From NCBI GenBank assembly GCA_039545335.1, contig BCIN01000005.1:1271946-1335945 (forward strand): 64,000 nucleotides of DNA. The letters run 5' to 3'. Positions 1 through 12,875 of this stretch are shown piece by piece; the first letter of the stretch is position 1, and each line of letters opens with the position of its first letter. The stretch comes from Kondoa subrosea. Lineage: Eukaryota. A model generated the notes under the pieces. That model was not told where the DNA came from and searched no databases. It saw nothing but the letters and a program-made list of their open reading frames with translations. The position numbers were made by a program, and so were the translations under genes.

Positions 1-563
1 GTGAGAAACCGTATGAACACATGATCACATGAATCTGCAACGTTTGACGACGCGCTTTGGAGGCTACGCTTCATGATCTGCAAGCAGACACGAGCCAGGG
101 AGCATATTGGCAAATCAACAAGACCGTTTCAGTGCAGTGAGCAAAAGGGCAGGCTATGAAGCAAGCGCTTGGATGAGCTGAGCAGGAGCGTAGAACGCGA
201 AATACGGCCAAGCAACCTCAAAAGGGTAGAAGGCAGCTCATTCGCTTCGCAAGTTCAGTCAAGTTCTTCGTGATAAAATTGGTAGGTCTTGATCTTAATA
301 CAGATTTGTGTATGCTGATCTATATATCAGACACGATAGAGTTGCATTTTCGGTTATTCTATCACTGCCATTCATTCCCCTTCATATGAACTTCCCCCCA
401 CGATTTTGCTTTCCTCGATCTCTCTTCTCTTCAGTTGCCTATCTTCAAGAATATGGCTGATTCTAGAGCCGTCGTAGCTGATCTGCCAACATTCCCAGAG
501 CTGAATTGTTCAAAACCTTTGCTTAAGTTGACGCTGTGATATTTCAATGCTAAATTCTTTTGA

Positions 564-1034
564 TCAGTTCAGCTTCGAGAATAGGCGAGAGGTAATTACT
601 GTGTATGATTCCAGCACTTGAGACAAAGCTGCCGCCCCAAATCGATCCTCGAACTTGCGCATCTTGTTGAGTAGTTTCCGAGCTTTCTTCTGCTGCTTGC
701 GGCTCGTTTGTGCAGCATCCCTGCTGGTGGATGTAGAAGTGATAGGGGAGGAAGAAACAGACGAAGCCGAAGAAGATGAAGAGTGAGATTGCACCGTGTG
801 GCCTTGAGGAAGTGTAGGTGAGCGAGATGGAATAGCTGCTACTGGAGGTGCAGTCATTGGTGCATCCTTTTGGACCAAAGAAGGATTCGGAGCTAACACA
901 AGAATTCGTCAGAGCAATGTATAGCGAGATCAGATCAGATTCCTACAAGCACCCTCATCCCAGGTCGATAAATAAGATGGAGGGGCAGCAACTGAAGGCG
1001 GAGCTAAAGTTTCCATATGACTCTTGTTCTGCAT
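564..1034 (-). CDS. Small PPxY-motif protein, paralog A (2 exons)
   Basis: ATG at 1034 and a phase-1 intron 952-893 (GTGCTT...CTGAC...TAG) give MQNKSHMETLAPPSVAAPPSYLSTWDEAPNP...QTSRKQQKKARKLLNKMRKFEDRFGAAALSQV. The C-terminal motif is shared with the genes at 1380-1748 and 9847-10207. Confidence 0.6.
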
Positions 1035-1379
1035 TGCCTGAGCTTTAGATATGAAGAATCAAGGCAAGAGAGCTTTTGAGAGAGAAAATGAGAGAAAGTA
1101 GAAGCCGAAAACAGAGGTGATTGTAGTCACCGATGAAAACTCCGACTGGCGACTTCATAGCCTTCCCGCTTAAGACTGGGGAGCATGTGAAGAGCAACAT
1201 AGCAATGGCAAGGGATGCTCGTCGACAGGAAAATAGGAGGAAAAGCAGTAGCGATATGTACAAAGGAGAAGCTGGAGCACCCGAATAGATTTCTATCGCT
1301 CTTTGCTAGATATGTACAGAGTTACTACTGCTCTTATCATCCAAAGCTACTGACCACCCGAGACCATCCTGAATGCTTG

Positions 1380-1748
1380 CTAACCAAAGCGCTCCTCGAG
1401 TCGTTGCCTCCACCTTGCCAAACGACGGGTTGATTTGCACCCTTTCCTTCCATTTCTGGACGTCTGGTACGGAGAATTCAGCGGAATGGTTGCTTCTGCA
1501 GAGTCTGTGATGCAGAAATGTCACTCAAGATCTCTGCAAAGGAAGCAGCGGAACTGACATAAAGCGCACTTGATGTCTCTCCTTTCATAACAGCCAAATT
1601 CAGGCGGACTGGCCCTTTGTGTATGCTGACTTAGAGCATGCGGCAGCGACAATTGCTTTGTTGAGCCACGACAAGAGCTGTTTGGCGCGGTAAGAGATTT
1701 TGTAGCACCTGGTTGAGAAGAACAATTTGCTTGTGAAATGTATTGCAT
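1380..1748 (-). pseudogene. Decaying paralog B of the small PPxY-motif family
   Basis: ATG 1748, phase-1 intron 1558-1505, ends ...YQTSRNGRKGCKSTRRLARWRQRLEERFG*. A shifted frame reads LAVMKGE (MAVMKGE in paralog C). Past the TAG at 1382-1380 the frame continues QAFRMVSGGQ*, matching DSLARVVAGQ* of paralog C. Confidence 0.5.
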
Positions 1749-1974
1749 GATGAGTTGTGATATGTATGAGATGATAGAGATATAAGAAAGGTGATGGGAA
1801 TATATATGTGATTTGCCTAAGTTCATCAGGTTTTCGATTTTCGAGATTTAGGCCAATGACCATCAGCGAAATGATTTGACAGTAACGCAACCGCTTCTGC
1901 AGCTCGTGAAGGCCTGTAACAGCGACAATAAGCAATACGCTATCTATTTTCGTTGTGTAGAACTTACTTTGACT

Positions 1975-4896
1975 TCATACTGTTTCTTGTGGTACTTCTT
2001 CTTTCGCATGTTTGCTGTGTTTTTCTTGCTTCTTCGCCTTGCGTTCGGCTAACCACTCTTTTGCGTCCGCTTTGCCTTGCTTGTCCGTATCACGAGCCAG
2101 GACATGGTGTTGCAGCACGAATACACTGATGAATACGGCGGCGACCAGTATTCCGGTAACGATGTAGTAAGAGACTTGAATGCCCCGAGTGAATGAACGA
2201 CCTAGATCTTGTCGTTGAGCATCAGAAAGATTGTAAGGATTCGATTCGCTTGATATCAGAATTGGGTTAGCTGCAATTGCACGGCCTGCTGCATCTGAAA
2301 GTCCGAGATTACGAATTTCATTGCGTAGAGAATTGTTGATAATTGAAGAAGCGACGGCTAGTATCAAGGTACCAGCTAGAGTTCTGCGCGCGCAAAATGA
2401 GCAATGTTCTTTCTTCATAATAGTGAGACATACCGAATGAAGTTACGGATACCGGTCACTGAGGCCATATCTTGCTTCAGTGATGCTGCTTGAGCGAGAA
2501 CCAAAGAAGTCCTACTCAGAAGGTCAGTACATTTATGCAGACCTGGTGAGCCTTGACCGACTGAAAAGTTTGACCAGCACTACAACCTTGATGAGCATTC
2601 GCGTGATGGAGGCATGAAGGCGGGACCCACCCAAATCCACAAATGAGAAGATAGCCGACGACATTCGCCACAGGCGTGTCTTCATTGACTGAGGAAAGTA
2701 AACCACTCCCGATACTCCACAAAACATATCCGCATATAATCGATGGTCTCGTTCGCCCAGTCTTTTGTACAAGTAGACCAGAAAGGAAAGAGACGACTAC
2801 TTGAATAACCAAAAGCGGAAGCAGCATGAGACCAGAATTGATCGCGCTGAAGCCTCTGACGATTTGAAAGAATTGTGGGATATAAAAGAGAGGAATGACT
2901 GCAAGAAGAGTGAAAAACAATGCAGGACAAACACTGCACAATCATGCTTACAGTTCGCAACACCTAAAGCGAAGGTGACAGCGTATACACCTGCATCAAA
3001 GCACATCAAGATTGAACCTGATCATTAGTGGTGAAAGACTGACCAGCTACGGTCCGATGTTTGAAAGTTCGCAGCGGGATGATGGGAATGCGAGCGATCT
3101 TCCATTCGTATAACACGAGACCAACAGCCAAGACTGCGCCGACGAGTAAAGTAGACAGCACCAGGGCTGAGTTCCATGGTAGTTCTTGACCTCCATAGTT
3201 CACTGGTGTTTGAAAGCAACGAATTGAGAAATTTGCTAGCTGGCAGAGATTTATCACTCACAAGCGACCAAGATCAAAGTCACCGAAGCTAATGTCAAAC
3301 CCGATCCTCCATAATCAACTTGTAGCAATTTCGTTTTGATGTTACCTTCAACACGTCGAAGGGGCAAGACATATGCACACTGTGACAAGAGAGCTTAAGA
3401 CAGTCGGTACCAGGATCCTTTCTGACTCACAATAATGAAGGCGAGAACTCCTATTGGCAACTGGAAAAATATTAGCAAGGCTCTGATTGGAAAAATGCTT
3501 GCCTTACATTGATCTGAATTCAAATGACAATGAGCTCATTAGGGAATCTAGCACAAAACTGTATATGCCGTACCCAGAAACACCACCTATCAATACTATG
3601 TTAGTGAAAGTCAAAGTAAGAGGAAGCGCAACATTTACCTCCAAGAGGCTTTCTCCGAAAAGACTGATCCAAGAACAGGACCACTAGCATCTTATCAATC
3701 AGCTAGTGAGCATAACAAGCGATGTATGCAAAAACTCACATTCCCTGAGCAATCGCTATTACACCTCCTAATATTCCTTGATATTTCCCTCTTTGACGTA
3801 GAGTGACGACGTCGCTTATGATCTAAAGAGGGTCGATGAGTATAAAGCAACCATGAGCTGAAATGAAACACACTATGAGACACCTGTAAAAGGACATGTA
3901 CTTTTAGCTACATTACAGGTACAACACAAAGAAAAAGCTTACAGAGTGGCTATACCAGCACCTCCAATACCAGCCTATCATAAAAATTGAGCATATGATA
4001 TTTGAGAGAGCAGAGATTAGAAATGATACGAAACTTACCAGTGTTCGAAAGATGATCAACTGAATGAGCGTTTGCGAAACAGCGCATGCCAAAGAAAAGA
4101 TTGTAAAAGTTGATAAAGCAACTAGAAGCATTACTTTACGTCCGAAGACGTCTGAGAAGCGACCACTTTTGAGTTTATCGAGATCAATTGATCCATCGCT
4201 TAAGAGAAATATTGGAAGGCTCACTATAGAGGTTGGAAAGCGGTTGAAGTTAATAAATAACCTGAATGAAGAATGTACTATGAGCAGCTGAAACAAGGAG
4301 GCTTCAGCGTATTACTCACCTGTAGCTATCCAAGTACTTGTAGCTCCTCCTTTGAAATACGTAGTAATAGTAGGTAAAGCAGCAGCGATCAATGTTTGAT
4401 CTAAGATCGCCAGAAAGAGAGCGGATCCCAAAGCGACTATTCAACGCACACTCTCTCCGGTCAGTTTCGACCAACTTATATGAGGGGGGCCTGGTATGTA
4501 AACTCACAAAAGCATATGATAATTTGCTTTCTCGGTAATAGATTGCTGCATTACAAGGGATTTCAGCTATCTGCTTCAGACTTCACACTGAGACAGGGCT
4601 AACGTCTGATCCTGGAGTATAACTTCTGCCCGATGATGCTTTTTCTGTTTCCCATCATGATGATCATGCTCCTCTTCAACAATCTCCTGCGCCAGGACGG
4701 GCTGACTCGATGGACTTTGCGCGTCTACATTCTCACTTGCAACCAAGTTCTTCTGCTTCTGCTCAATCGATTGTGACTCGACTGCAATGATAGCGTTTTG
4801 ATCGCGTTGCGGCGTGCTTTTTTCCCTTACATCCGCGTCATGAGGAATATACTCATGTAGGGTTTCTGAATCAGTGCTTGAAGTTTCTATAGCCAT
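1975..4896 (-). CDS. MFS drug:H+ antiporter (DHA2/14-TMS type), multi-exon
   Basis: Exon ORFs contain GRFSDVFGRK (motif A), LIIFR, YGGQELPWNSALV, FYIPQFFQIVRGFSAINSGL and many hydrophobic helices. Confidence 0.9.
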
Positions 4897-6272
4897 CAAG
4901 AAGAAGGCCGTTACTGAATAAGCGAGAAACAGTAAGCGGCAATCTCTGAAAATAAATTGTTTTCGGTCGGCAAGCAAGATCGGCAAGGTAGTTTCTTATC
5001 CCGCGCGCCGTCGCTTACGGTAGAAAGGTAATTGCTGTACGTGTCTTGTAGTCGTGATAGTAGTACAGCAGTGCGTACCAATAGTTTACAGTAGACTTGC
5101 GGATTTGTGAGCAGTAAAGCGGGAATTGAGTGTAAAAAGACTTCTTTGTCGCGATATGGGATGAATTGTGCTATCGATATACGTCGTAGAAAGAGCAAGA
5201 CATTTCCGCGCAACGACACGTCCGATGGAATAAATGAGAAGGGAGTCAGTGTGAAATGCAGTACCCGGCGAATTGATTGAATCTTCAAAAGAGGTCAAGA
5301 AAAGGCAAAACATGAGAAGAAGCGGAAGAAGAAGAGAGCAAGATCAGATGGCTGCGTGAGGGTTTTCTCTTCATTGAGTACTTCAGCGAGAGAGGGGAAA
5401 ACAAGAAGCAGAAAGAAGATTACTTCAGAAACAATGCTTCATCCAGTTATAACTTATGCGATGAAATGCCTTGCACACCAAAATAGATTGACTGTCCCCC
5501 CAGCTTCCCCTTGTGTGCTTAGGTCATTTGAACCAGTACTTGACTACTCTGTGCGTGAGATGCAGAGTCACGACTGAAAAGATAAAGACGATAGCGAGAA
5601 CCATAACGATTGTTGGATCCCTATATATCACATAACCTCATCAGTTCTTTGCATTCTGCACTTTGAAGATGGGCAAACGGACACTCTTAAACCTGGTGTT
5701 GTGTCTGCTGTATAGAGCCTCATCATTGTACTACTGCTCCCTCCTGTAAATCACAATAGACCATGAATTAGCATGATGTAGACTACAAGCAAGAGGAGTA
5801 GAGATGGAAAGAAGAGAACTTGCCATGACCTGCTGCTCGAGTGGAATTCGGTTTATCGACTTTATCCAAGTTTGCTCTCCGCCTGTATCGCGCACAGTCC
5901 CATTTCATCAGCTCCTCGAATGAGTGCTGTGTCTATATCTAGGACGCATCACCTTATTGTGGAACCTGAAGGCCTATTTGCAGTTGAACGAGCTACAGCT
6001 GTATTGGACTCTGATTCGCTCTGTGTTGCACCATTCCTGTTAGTGCCCTGTATCTCCTTGTCGATGTAATGGAAGGGCTAACCATGGTTGGAGTGTGTAT
6101 GAAGGGGGAAGTATTGGTACAAGAACAAGAGAGCCAAGTTTATTTGTGAAGCTTGGTCTGCTACTGTCACCGTCTTCTGCTGTTCTCTATATCTCTGCTC
6201 AGAATCCTTGTTTCTCCTTGAACACTTACCTGTCGACGAGCGTTGCTCTACATAAGATCCGTCGAGGGAATC

Positions 6273-7603
6273 ATGGATTTCGATGAAGATGGTTTAGGAT
6301 TAGGACCTGATGTCGAGACCAATGCAGCAGCAGCAACAGTAGTGGAAGATCTGAATGAGGAATTGGATGTCAAAGGGAACGCGAATCAAAGAGCTTGGCT
6401 AGTAAAGGTTCGTCAATGGTCACCTGTGTTAGCTGTCTGTCAACAAATAGCTTAGGTAGTCCCTGTGAACAGGTACCTCAGTTCTTGATGGACAAATGGT
6501 CAAATGCACCACAGAACGGTCAAGAAATAGGTAGAGTTCGAGTCTATCCGTTTGTTTTCCTCTGCCTCCCTTCTCCCTCCTCATCTCATTCACGAGATGT
6601 TGCATAGACGACCAGATGGGGGTCAAGATATAACAGTCATCGTCCCATCTGAGATAGCTACTTCTTCTTCTACACCACAACAAGATGGAGGACCAATAGC
6701 TAATATTCCAGATGAATACAATTTATCTATTCACAACTCAGCCACTGAGAATCTTTTCGTCTTTGCTGAAAAGAAAGCAAACGAAATCAATGGTTATGGT
6801 AAAAAACGTGCTCGTTAGTTTCTTTCACTTGTCCTAAATGTTCAACACGTATTGATTTTGGTGTTTTGACAGGCGAACCTGCTTTGTTGGGCAAAGTAGT
6901 ACACGAATGCAATTTAGCACCAGATGTGGAAGCTCCAGTTTATAGAGAAATTATGAGATCAAGAGCTAAAAAAGCTTCTCAACCAAAACGAACGTATGTC
7001 GTTCTTTATCCGATCCGATTAAAAGGGTTGCTGATATAAGAGAGAATCAATTAGTGTACAAATGCTTACTGGAGATCAAGCAACTCAGAATATGATGGCT
7101 TCCGGTGTTTCTTCCACTTTAGCGCAATCTAAATTCGCAAGTTTCGTCGTGCGTCATCAATTTTCCCCTTTGTATCAGCCTTTGCTGATGGTGAGGCATT
7201 TTTTTGACGTACAGAAAGCTAAACCAAAAGCTAAAGGAGATAGATTGGTTCGATTACCTGCTTCCGAAGTTCGAGACATGATTTTCGCCGCTTTTGAAGA
7301 ATTCGATTACTTTAGCCTTAAAACCCTCGTGAGCGTCCCTGTCTGTCTATAGCATCTCAGTTTACTTAAGACAGACTGAACATTTCACAGAAAGCTCGAA
7401 CGCAACAACCCGAAGCCTATTTACGAGATTTGTTGGAAGACGTTGCTCAACTTAATACGAGAGGTCCTTATTCTGGTCATTATTCACTTTTACCTTCATA
7501 CAAGAAAAGAAAACGGGAAGCAGAAGAAGAAATGGATGCTGAGGCTCCTCATCCTCCTGAAGCTGGTCCTTCAAATACAGAGGGGGATATCGGGTCGGAT
7601 TGA
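6273..7603 (+). CDS. TFG2: Transcription factor IIF beta subunit (RAP30/Tfg2)
   Basis: RAWLVKVPQFLMDKW, IPDEYNL, VVHECNLAP, RDMIFAAFEEFDYFSLKTL, RTQQPEAYLRDLL across spliced exons. Confidence 0.9.
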
Positions 7604-7761
7604 TTTCAATCCTCATTGTAGATTCTTGTGTAATTAGATTTTGTATTTTAAGAATGGTGAAGCCTCTTATAATGCAAAAAGATGGCCTAAACTGAGTCTT
7701 GATATTTACACTTCTTTCTGTTGCATGCTGTTTCTACTACACCTTAATCGAGCTCCCAAAT

Positions 7762-9266
7762 CTATGATAATCTCGCTTGCTGCTTGGCTTGAGCTAATTC
7801 TGACATTCTTTGCATATCGTCTGGTGATGTTCCTTCTAACGTTATACCAATACCGAATTTGCTTGTGTTCTGTAAACCCGCAATCGTCCATTAGCTCTCT
7901 CGACGAGCAAGAAGAGGACTTTATGGCCCACCTTCCACTGATCAATCTCACCACATAATTGCAAACCCATCAAAGGGTTCAACCTTTGTTCCAAATGGGC
8001 TGAAATCTTGCCATCGGAAGAAACTTGTCCTCTATAGGTAGCCATTCTATAATCGAATTTCAAACCAACGCTAGCTATCCCACTCTTGACACCTTGTCCA
8101 GCTTTTTCCAAATCAGGTTGAATAGTTAATTCAGCTCCTGCTTCAACTTTTTCTCCTAAATATTGCCAATAAGAAGCTTGAATTCCTTGTTGTGCAGCAG
8201 GGAATTCAACAGTCGTTATAGAATCTCCTGAAATTCTTGTACTGCTTCCAGGATCTTCAAGAGAAGCGTAACGGAATTTAGGTGAAAGTGATAAACCGCA
8301 GACTTCAGGTCGAGCAGGTATATTGACGTATTGCGCGCTGAAACCAGCAGACAAATTCTTGGTAAGGGATTGTAAATGATTAAGACCGTAAACTCCGGAG
8401 CAATCGATCGGTGAAGGGTTAGCGAAAGAGAAAGAAGTAGAGTAACTCTTTCCTGCGATTTCATGATCAAACACGAATTGAGCTGGAATGCCTGACATGG
8501 ACCCGGATGGTGGGATCTACCAGATCGAAGCAGAGAATAAGTACTAATTCTGGTGCGTTTCCGGGTAGTGACTGACCTGGCATTGTACTTTGGTCAATTG
8601 TTCTAGAGTCGACAATCTCGGTGACCAGCCATATCTAAGTACACCAAACAGTCCTCCGTTCCCTTCTACTGATGCTTGCAAGAAGGCCTGTTATTCGACG
8701 ATGATGATGAGACTGAGTAAAAACAATGGTAGAATCAAGACCTACCGTATCTCTGGGGAACATCACATCTTCATTAACCACTACAGCAGCGAAATTGTAA
8801 TTTCCAGGAGAAGGTGTTGGACTACCAGGTGACATGCCTCCCAGAGCAAAAGTATGATTGACTTGAAATTGAGGTGCCATGGAAATGCTCTTATTCAGTT
8901 CTGCTTTAGCTCCATCGAAAAGGAAAGTGGATGCCAGTGTCACTGTAGACACGAAGGACAAGTGAGCATCACAATGCTGCACAAGAGTACGATCACCTAC
9001 TCCTTGCTTCTTTGCCAAAGCTTTCATTCGTGCCAGGGTTAGGCAGCTTATCCTGCGCAAAACAAGGAGTAAGTCTATGATCACACTCTCCTCCTGAATA
9101 CTTTAAGGCCTACACCGTCTCGATTCGTCCATAGTCTGCTCAGTGCAGTAAATGGGTTATAACTCGTAGCCTCAGGTTTCGTCAAGGATTTCTCTCCAGC
9201 ATAGCCTAATTCTGTGTAGGTTGGCTGAGGATGCGTCTCTGTAGGGTATGCTGTAACATCGGCCAT
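7762..9266 (-). CDS. TOM40: Mitochondrial outer-membrane import channel Tom40
   Basis: FLFDGAKAELNKSISMAPQFQVNHTF, LNHLQSLTKNLSAG, QASYWQYLGEKVEAGAEL, YRGQVSSDGKISAHLEQRL, SKFGIGITLE. Confidence 0.92.
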
Positions 9267-9846
9267 GGTATCTGCTCGTGTCAAGACAAAAGATTTCTCT
9301 AAAAAAATTGAATTGTTGTGTGGGTTGTCAGAAACTGCCAAAGAGAGATCTCAAATCGAAGTGCAATCTCTCTCTCATCTCTTTGCGATTTGTTCTGCAG
9401 CGAAAGCGATTAGGCTTGCTCGGCTGCTTGCATGAGTCTGTGTCGAATGTTCAATGAATGATGCTCAAGAACGGAGCTTGTCTACTTTGCCTCTATTAGA
9501 ATTGTGGCCTGTTTCGCTTCCTTCTTTCTTATCAACGCTTGCAATCGTGATTTTACGGCGAATGAGCGCATTGAACATTTGGTCTGAACTGCAGTCTCGA
9601 CTTACAGTTTACTGCTATCTACATTTCGATTAGAAGAATGACGCTTAGCAGCTATCTATGTCGCTCTCGTGGCTCGAGATGTCGGCTTCCGTCGATATCA
9701 AGAAGACCGACTAATATCAGCGAAGCCGATAAATTATACCGAATTCTTTATAAATGCTTCATTGTTTCCATCTTTTCTCTCTTCTTCATCACAAAACTAC
9801 ATTTGACCCATACTCATACTCATTCAAACCATTTCCTTCCTATAAA

Positions 9847-10207
9847 ATGTGCTGCAACAAAACCAAACGTTCTCAATCAGCTCTTGCTGCTCTGTCTGCT
9901 CTCAAAGAAATCTCTCCCGCTCCTTCATCTATGACCGCAGTGCAAGCGCATGGTCCGCCTACGTACATGGCTGTCATGAAGGGAGAACTTTCACCTTGTC
10001 AGTTTTGCCTCTTTCTGTGCATTTAGCTAAGACTAATCCTTGATCGTAGATATCCCACCGTCTCAAGAAGCTGCTGTTGTGCAAAACCCTGGTCTATATC
10101 AGACATGGAAGGAAAAGAAACAGGCGAGGAAATTAGCGAAAAAGATGCAAAGGTTTCAAGAGAGATTTGGAGGGGATTCTTTGGCAAGAGTCGTTGCTGG
10201 GCAATAG
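9847..10207 (+). CDS. Small PPxY-motif protein, paralog C (2 exons)
   Basis: ATG 9847 and a phase-1 intron 9998-10049 (GTCAGT...GACTAAT...TAG) give MCCNKTKRSQ...HGPPTYMAVMKGELSPYIPPSQEAAVVQNPGLYQTWKEKKQARKLAKKMQRFQERFGGDSLARVVAGQ*. TATAAA near 9748 and a CT-rich leader lie upstream. Confidence 0.65.
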
Positions 10208-10526
10208 ATGGAACGCGGTTGGGTTGGATGTTGTTTCTTGTAAATAGGCATGCATTAAGCGAATTGTCTATTGGTAGCATTTTGTATCATTTTTATGCGT
10301 TCCCGGCTCAATTGCTGTTTAATACTTCGTCTTATACACATCCCTTCAGCTATTCCAGCGCTTCCCGACATGAAGTGAATCTTACAGGAGAAAGGTAAGC
10401 GTTGCTGAACGAAAGACAAATCAGACGACTCACAATTATCGCCCGATGGAAGGATGGGATTCCAGACTATGCGCTTTTGCTGACATAGCTGTGTGAAAGA
10501 AGTCTTTAATGGTGTAAAAGGACCAA

Positions 10527-11378
10527 TCAACCTTCGATCTTCATCGCTTCTCTGACCAAATGCAGGAAGTCCGTCGCTTCCCATGTCTTCACTTGCTCTA
10601 TATCCGCTTCTTCTTGATGCTCCACGGCAAATACAGCAAATAATCCTTCTTCTTCCAAAGCAATTCTCTTCACTTGCCAATCACTCTTCTCTTCCTCAAC
10701 CCAAACTTCCCAATCACCTTCATCCCCTCTGATCTCATACGTTGTCAAATCACACTTCAAACCCATTCCAATAGCTTTGGAAATCGCTTCTTTGCAAGCC
10801 CAGAGTTGAATCAGATATCGACCTTTTTCCTTTTCTTCTTCCAACAAGGTATATTTCGTCTTTTCGAATTCCGTCATTATTTCATCCATAGTTTCAAACA
10901 ATTGATCAGCTGAACAATTGGGCCAATAGTCGAGTTTGTAGTGCATCAGATCGACACCCAAAGGATAGGTAGAAATAGCTAGTAAAACGAAATTGGCATC
11001 GTGCGATAAGTTGTATTCGATATTTGGAGAAGATGTGAGATAGGGTTTGCCTTGAGGGGTTGTAGAATGTTGCTGAAAAGCAATTGGCATCGAATAGGGT
11101 AGCAGCGAGAGCACGTAGCGAGGTAGGAAATAAGATAACAGGCTGCCTACTCAGAAGATGAGGCAGGTCGAAGAGAGTCAGATGAATGACACACGACAGG
11201 AATCGATTTGTTCTGCTTTGGCGAGAATCCGAGATTGGACAGCTTCAGGCAACGTATCCAGAAGCTCTTTCGGAATCTAGTGATCAATATTGGCATATAC
11301 AGAGAAGTAACGAAGAGAAGCGCAAACAGAGAAGCCTTCCTCTGGTAGGCGAACAGCATGGACAGAGACTTGAGGCAT
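10527..11378 (-). CDS. Sfp-type 4'-phosphopantetheinyl transferase (Lys5/NpgA family)
   Basis: GKPYL, YNLSHD, LGVDLM, LWACKEAISKAIGMGL motifs. 5' exons approximate. Confidence 0.9.
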
Positions 11379-11550
11379 ATCGAGAAAATAGCAGCCAACG
11401 ACAGTCTAGTGGATAGCGATCTGTTTTACAGAACCAATCTTTGGTCGCTCAGGCGAGTTACAACTGCGCAAAGTCAGCGATTACGCTGGTGTCAGGACAA
11501 GATGCTCCACATTTTGAATTGACTCTTCTTTCGAAACAAGCTCTCGGACA

Positions 11551-12772
11551 ATGCCTTTAGCACCCGTAGACGATGCAGGAACTCAGCTGTTCTATACTGA
11601 CAGCGGAAAGACAGCTAGCGGCAAAACTATCGTAATCTTACATGGATTCTCTTTCAATGGTTTAAGCTTCGCTCCCCTCTTTCCCATCGCTCCCAATCTC
11701 GATATCCGTATTATTGCCATCAACAGAAGGAATTACCGATTCTCTACTCCGTTAAGCGATGAAGATTTCGCGCCTGTCGAATCACCTTCCGCAACTGTTG
11801 AAGATTATCGACACTTTATGGCCAAAAGAGCTAGAGAAATCTCGAGATTGCTTGTTTGGTTGACTGAGAATGAAGGAGTGAAGGGAGAAATAGTCTTGAT
11901 AGGCTGGAGTCTCGGAAATCAGACCATCACCTCTTTCTTGGCTGAAGCAGATAACTTACCGAAAGAAGAGGTAGCAATTCTGGAGAAGCAGCTGAAGGCT
12001 TTCATCTTCTATGATCCACCAATGGAAATCTTCACCTCCAAGCAACCTGAACAAGCTTGTTTGTTCCCCTTGATACCCCACATCACTTGATCCGCTAATC
12101 TTGAACCAAAGACAATCCAATGACCGATATGAGCATTCCAGAAGAGGAGAGATTGAAAGCTTTCGGTGCTTGGATTTCGGGACATTACGATCATCCGTCC
12201 GTCCTTTCTTTCCTTTTGTGTTTGGGCATTCCTCTGTACTTATTCTATTGACAAGCGATCCAACATCTTCTGATCCCAACAATTGGTCTTTCCGTACTCC
12301 AATGTCCTCTAAACCAAGCTACCTCTTGTCCCTGACCGAACAGCAAGTAGCAGACGGGCTTGATCCAGCTGCGAGACGAGAGCAAGTTTTGATTTGGAAT
12401 GCGGCCAAGGTGGCTTTCTGGGATGATCAAGCACATCGAGCTTTCACCAAGAGTAAAGCTTTTAGCGAAACCAAGGCGGTTCAGTGAGTTTTTTAATGGC
12501 CGGCGCTCAACCCAGGTGAATTATGCTGATAATGAATATGAAGTGTCGTGTGCTTGGAATCGGGGTGGGAATGTATTATGGCGCAATTCGTGATCGCGGA
12601 TCACTGTGATAGACCGGAAGCCAGAAAGGTTGAGCTGAAGCGGATTGAAGGTGCCAGTCATTTCGTGCGTGATGCTTAAGCAGATTTCAGATCGTACAAT
12701 GACTGATGTAAGCTTCAGTGGCACGGAGAAGATCCAAAGGCGGCAGTTGAGCTATTCAAGAGTTATGCTTAA
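11551..12772 (+). CDS. Alpha/beta-hydrolase fold protein, multi-exon
   Basis: IVILHGFSFN oxyanion motif, IIAINRRNY, nucleophile elbow GWSLG, C-terminal WHGEDP. Confidence 0.8.
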
Positions 12773-12875
12773 TGTCTCGAAAGTAAAGAAGAAAGTGCTA
12801 CTCACGATAAGGCCAATGTAGTATAAAGAGCTGTAGTATCTCTCATGTAGCTAACAACCACTGATACTTGGCTTG

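Noticed and set aside
1..540. Possible 3' end of a plus-strand gene (intron-like 282-330)
   Set aside because: No continuous frame or recognisable motif could be built.
7641..7958. Overlapping ORFs at the TOM40 3' end, and the many antisense ORFs in the track
   Set aside because: Shadow or off-frame ORFs of identified genes.
1975..12772. Secondary-metabolite cluster (MFS, PPTase, hydrolase)
   Set aside because: No NRPS, PKS or terpene synthase is present, and the genes are interspersed with TFG2 and TOM40.
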